Origin: Raillietiella orientalis
Lineage: Eukaryota
DNA length: 64,000 nt
Assembly: GCA_036172245.1 (NCBI GenBank)
Contig: JAYWIR010000002.1
Coordinates: 2,728,001 to 2,792,000, forward strand
Direction of reading: 5' to 3'
How positions within the stretch are numbered: position 1 is the first letter of the stretch; the number at the start of each line of letters is the position of its first letter. The notes under the pieces are model-generated. The model saw only the letters and a program-made list of their open reading frames with translations. It had not been told where the DNA came from and searched no databases. Shown here one piece after another: positions 60,901 to 64,000 of this stretch. The position numbers and the translations under genes were made by a program.

Positions 60901-63900
60901 ACTCCAACACCTGAGGAAATTACTAAAAAAACTACCAATAACTACTCACTTCTCTCTCAATTTTTCCAGACTTTACTGAATAATCCAGACTGGTGTCAGA
61001 TGGGGTATACATGGAATTCAGCTGTCCAGACTGAATTGATTCATGCTCTCTGGAAAGTAAAGAGCTCTCTGCATGAGAATGCTGGCCTGTAGAGTCTTGT
61101 GATCCCTGTTTTACATAGGGATACTTTGAATTCTCTTTGGAACATAATCTCTGTTGAGACTTCATGGAATTGGGAATATACTGAGTCTGTATCTGTCTAT
61201 GAAATATTTGGTCCAGGGCTGGTCGATCTTTTGCATTCCTGCCACCAACTTCTAAATGATCAAAATGTTCATGATCCTGGCCTTTGTATTTGGGCCATGT
61301 GCCTCCACTCTTCAAACACAAAGCACTTTTTTTCTTGACACGTTTAATGGTTCCCATATCAGGCACATAATGCTGACTGTCCAAGACAGTATCCAAGTGT
61401 GCTAAGACATCTTGTTCTTCTCGCTCAGAATTGGATGACACTGAATGATAAGAAGCATGTTTCTCTTCTCGATCCTTGCTATGCCGACGACCCCGCACAA
61501 ATTCCAATTTTTCTTTAAGAATTTCTCGAAATCCAGAATTCAAATTTTTGTCTCCAGTTGCCTTCTTAACCATATAAATACGTTCTCCTTGATGAAGCCC
61601 AAGAGAGCGGCGGTTATCTTTGGCATCTACAGTACTGTTGCCACGTTTTCCTGCATTGCGATGTTTCCGCAAGTGCACTGTAGCTGCATTAAATACCTAA
61701 AATATCTGTTCAACTTCATCAGGAGAAACTCACAATGATTGACAGTAGAAAACGTGTCAACAGCAATCTCAGGAGATTGTGTAATCAGAGAAGCCCCAGG
61801 AATTTTTTCTGGCTGTTTTGGATTATGTGCATCCCAACATTGCCGCAATAAAGTTAATGCACATCGAACGGAATTTTTGTTAATAAGCTGAAGAACCTGA
61901 TTAGGGCCTAAGCCATCCAAAGGACACCCTTGGATCTACAAGAAATGAGAACTCATACTCATACTACAACTACAAACCTATTTCTTTACACAGACTGTTT
62001 CAGTGCAACTTTACTTACTCCAAGAAGCCGATCTCCTATAACTATGGCTCCTTGAGAGGCAGCTGCTGATTCAGGCTCAATCCTTGATACATATACTCCT
62101 GATTCTAAGCTTAGACCAAGTGACTTATCATTCTTGGCTGACAACTACCCAATTTAACATGAAATTGGTGCACACAAGAAGATTCCTACCTCAACATGAA
62201 GTACATGTGAGTGACACACATGCCTGTGCCGTTGCAGAAGCACCTGCACAGGCATAGGAGAATTGCAGATGGCACTGAACACAGCTTGCGAGTCACAAGC
62301 AGTGCACTTCTGTCCATTGACAGCCAATATGATATCATTTACTTGCAAAAATCCTTGCATAGGACTGTTCCAAGACAAAGCAGCAACAAGCAGAGGATCA
62401 TTTGGTGAGATCCCATAACTAAGTTGGAGACCAGGTTGCTTTCTATCTGCAGATTTCTACACAATTTTTTTGTTCTCTGGATGTGCTTTTGAACTAACCA
62501 AATTGAGGTGAACTACTATTTTCTCAAAAGTGCCTTCTAACATGGAATCCTTGAGAAGATGATTTGGAAACATACTAGACGCAAGACCCAGGGCCATTTT
62601 CTCAGAATCCGTGTTTTCCCTAACAAAAAAATCCGAGCTCAGTAATTCATGAATCACATCATACTTGAGCTCCTGCAACTCCCGAAAGGCCTCATTACAC
62701 TGACGTTTCAAATCATCGGTTTCCCGTAAAGATTCAGCTAGATCTGAAACAGCACGATCTCTTTCTTTCCTTAAACGATCACAAAGTGTGCGAATCGATT
62801 CTCGCTCCTTCACAATTTTGTCACGTTCTACTAAGGCCCATTCCCGACGTCTTTTTGAGACTTCAGCTTCCTGCTGAAAGCCTGAAAGTAATGCCAAATA
62901 TGAGTAACCCTTACTTTCGATAAAAACCTGTTAATTCAGTCTGTAATTTCTGTAACTGTTTATGCAATTTAGCTATTTCTTGATTGGCTAAATCTAAGTC
63001 ATCCAAGCGTTCCTCACGCAGACTCTCTCTTCGTGATAAAGAATCCAGACAATCTGCAGGCATGGCATCCCTATTCGAAAATAGTGATACTAATTTAATT
63101 TAAAAACATCATTTTTTTCATTCAAATTTTCCTAACTACAGCACTGACCTACTGTCTTTTCCCACTTCAGCCTCATTTCGACCTCTTTCCCAGTCAGGAA
63201 ATTCTCCTCGTCGATCTGTTTGTCCTCGTCTCTCCCTCAAAGTACCCAATTCTTTCAAGGCTCTATCTCGATCTTGAAGGGCTGATGTGATTTCACAATG
63301 CAGGGCTTCAATCTGCAAATGTAACTGAATCAAACTTAGATTATTATTACTTAATCAAACACTCATTGTTACCTCTTGAGAAGTTTCTTTGTTACGTAAC
63401 TCTAGATTCTGTACTCTTCGATTGGCTTGAGCTAGTTCTTCCTGCAGGCGTTCAATCTCCCGATGTACAGCATCCCTCTCAGACATAACTAAACGATATT
63501 CTTTGACTGCAGCATCCCTCTCTTCACCAAGTCGCCGTAATTCTTTTCCAGCCTTCAGCCTGATTGCCATAGCTTGATTTACTTCTTTAATAGCTTCTTC
63601 ATGCTGTTGTTGGGATTTGCCTAGCATTTCTTGTAATTCATTGCGTTGACGCAATGCTCTATCCCATTGTCGAATTGCACCAGAACATTGCTGCTGGAGT
63701 CCTAACTGTTCTTGCAATGCATGATTACGTTCTTCCTTTAGCTGTTCCAACTGCTGCTTTAATATGGCAGCATCTTTTTCACTGTCTTCGAAGTTTTTCA
63801 CAACAGTAGCATGGGATGTCATTAACTCAGCATAGCATTTTTTCAACTCTTCATGATCGGCTCTAAGGACTTCATATTTGCGCATAGTATTGATGTACAA

Positions 63901-64000
63901 TTGGTTTACAGTCTCTGCAGTGTCACTCAGCTGTGTATTGCTCTATTCAGACAAATGCATGGTTCATATTGTGTCACAACCTGTTGTTGATGGCAGAACT
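57982..64000 (-). CDS. DLG5: Disks large homolog 5 (MAGUK: coiled-coil, 4 PDZ, SH3, GUK); 5' part lies beyond the window
   Basis: Exons (minus): >64000-63981, 63942-63373, 63312-63149, 63070-62928, 62881-62665, 62619-62499, 62456-62190, 62144-62019, 61935-61734, 61683-60950, 60910-60554, 60499-60306, 60260-60108, 60059-59794, 59744-59507, 59451-59177, 59134-58915, 58866-58622, 58564-58136, 58091-57982. All GT-AG and in phase, about 1682 aa in the window. Motifs: coiled coil REWALVERDKIVKERESIRTLCDRLRKERDRAVSDLAESLR; PDZs LQVNDIILAVNG, GLSLESGVYV, GIFVSSVGSNSLAAKAGLQVGDQLLEVCGINMR, GISLIGGNAVGIFI; SGGTWPK; SH3 GDSFYIRAL..FKKGDVLHVDGT..WRAWLLDE..GIIPSK; SSARRSFFRRKK; GUK YQRVE..RPVVIFGPL..HCLLE..YPIVLFIKFKS; C-terminus EQGRILWIP. 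AATAAA on the minus strand at 57955-57950. Confidence 0.95.

Overview
Eukaryotic animal genomic DNA, most likely an arthropod (inferred from the TPPP signature), with spliceosomal GT-AG introns, many only 38-60 nt. The ORF track therefore shows only exon fragments. I assembled genes by hand from splice sites and reading-frame phase. Supported genes: (1) a complete 11-exon KRI1 (minus, 39965->28038, 592 aa); (2) the 3' ~1680 codons of DLG5 (minus, >64000->57982, 20 exons in the window); (3) a FAM149/DUF3719-like gene whose diagnostic exon is absent from the ORF track (minus, ~24967->23060); (4) an intronless, divergent TPPP/p25-alpha gene with a long basic N-terminal extension (plus, 49068-50267). 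There are also two candidate orphan coiled-coil genes in the left 16 kb. Two decayed L1/Tx1-like non-LTR retrotransposons sit head-to-head just upstream of KRI1 (40.5-44.9 kb). Older, very degenerate retroelement remnants probably fill much of 3.5-20 kb and 55-56.8 kb. A small piggyBac-like hairpin lies at 56.9 kb. No prokaryotic features (operons, CRISPR, rRNA, tRNA) are supported. I found no clearly novel multi-gene system. The best leads are the unusual TPPP paralogue, the hidden FAM149-like gene with possible microexons, and the excess of 3n and stop-less tiny introns in DLG5. All homology calls come from recalled motifs, not database searches.
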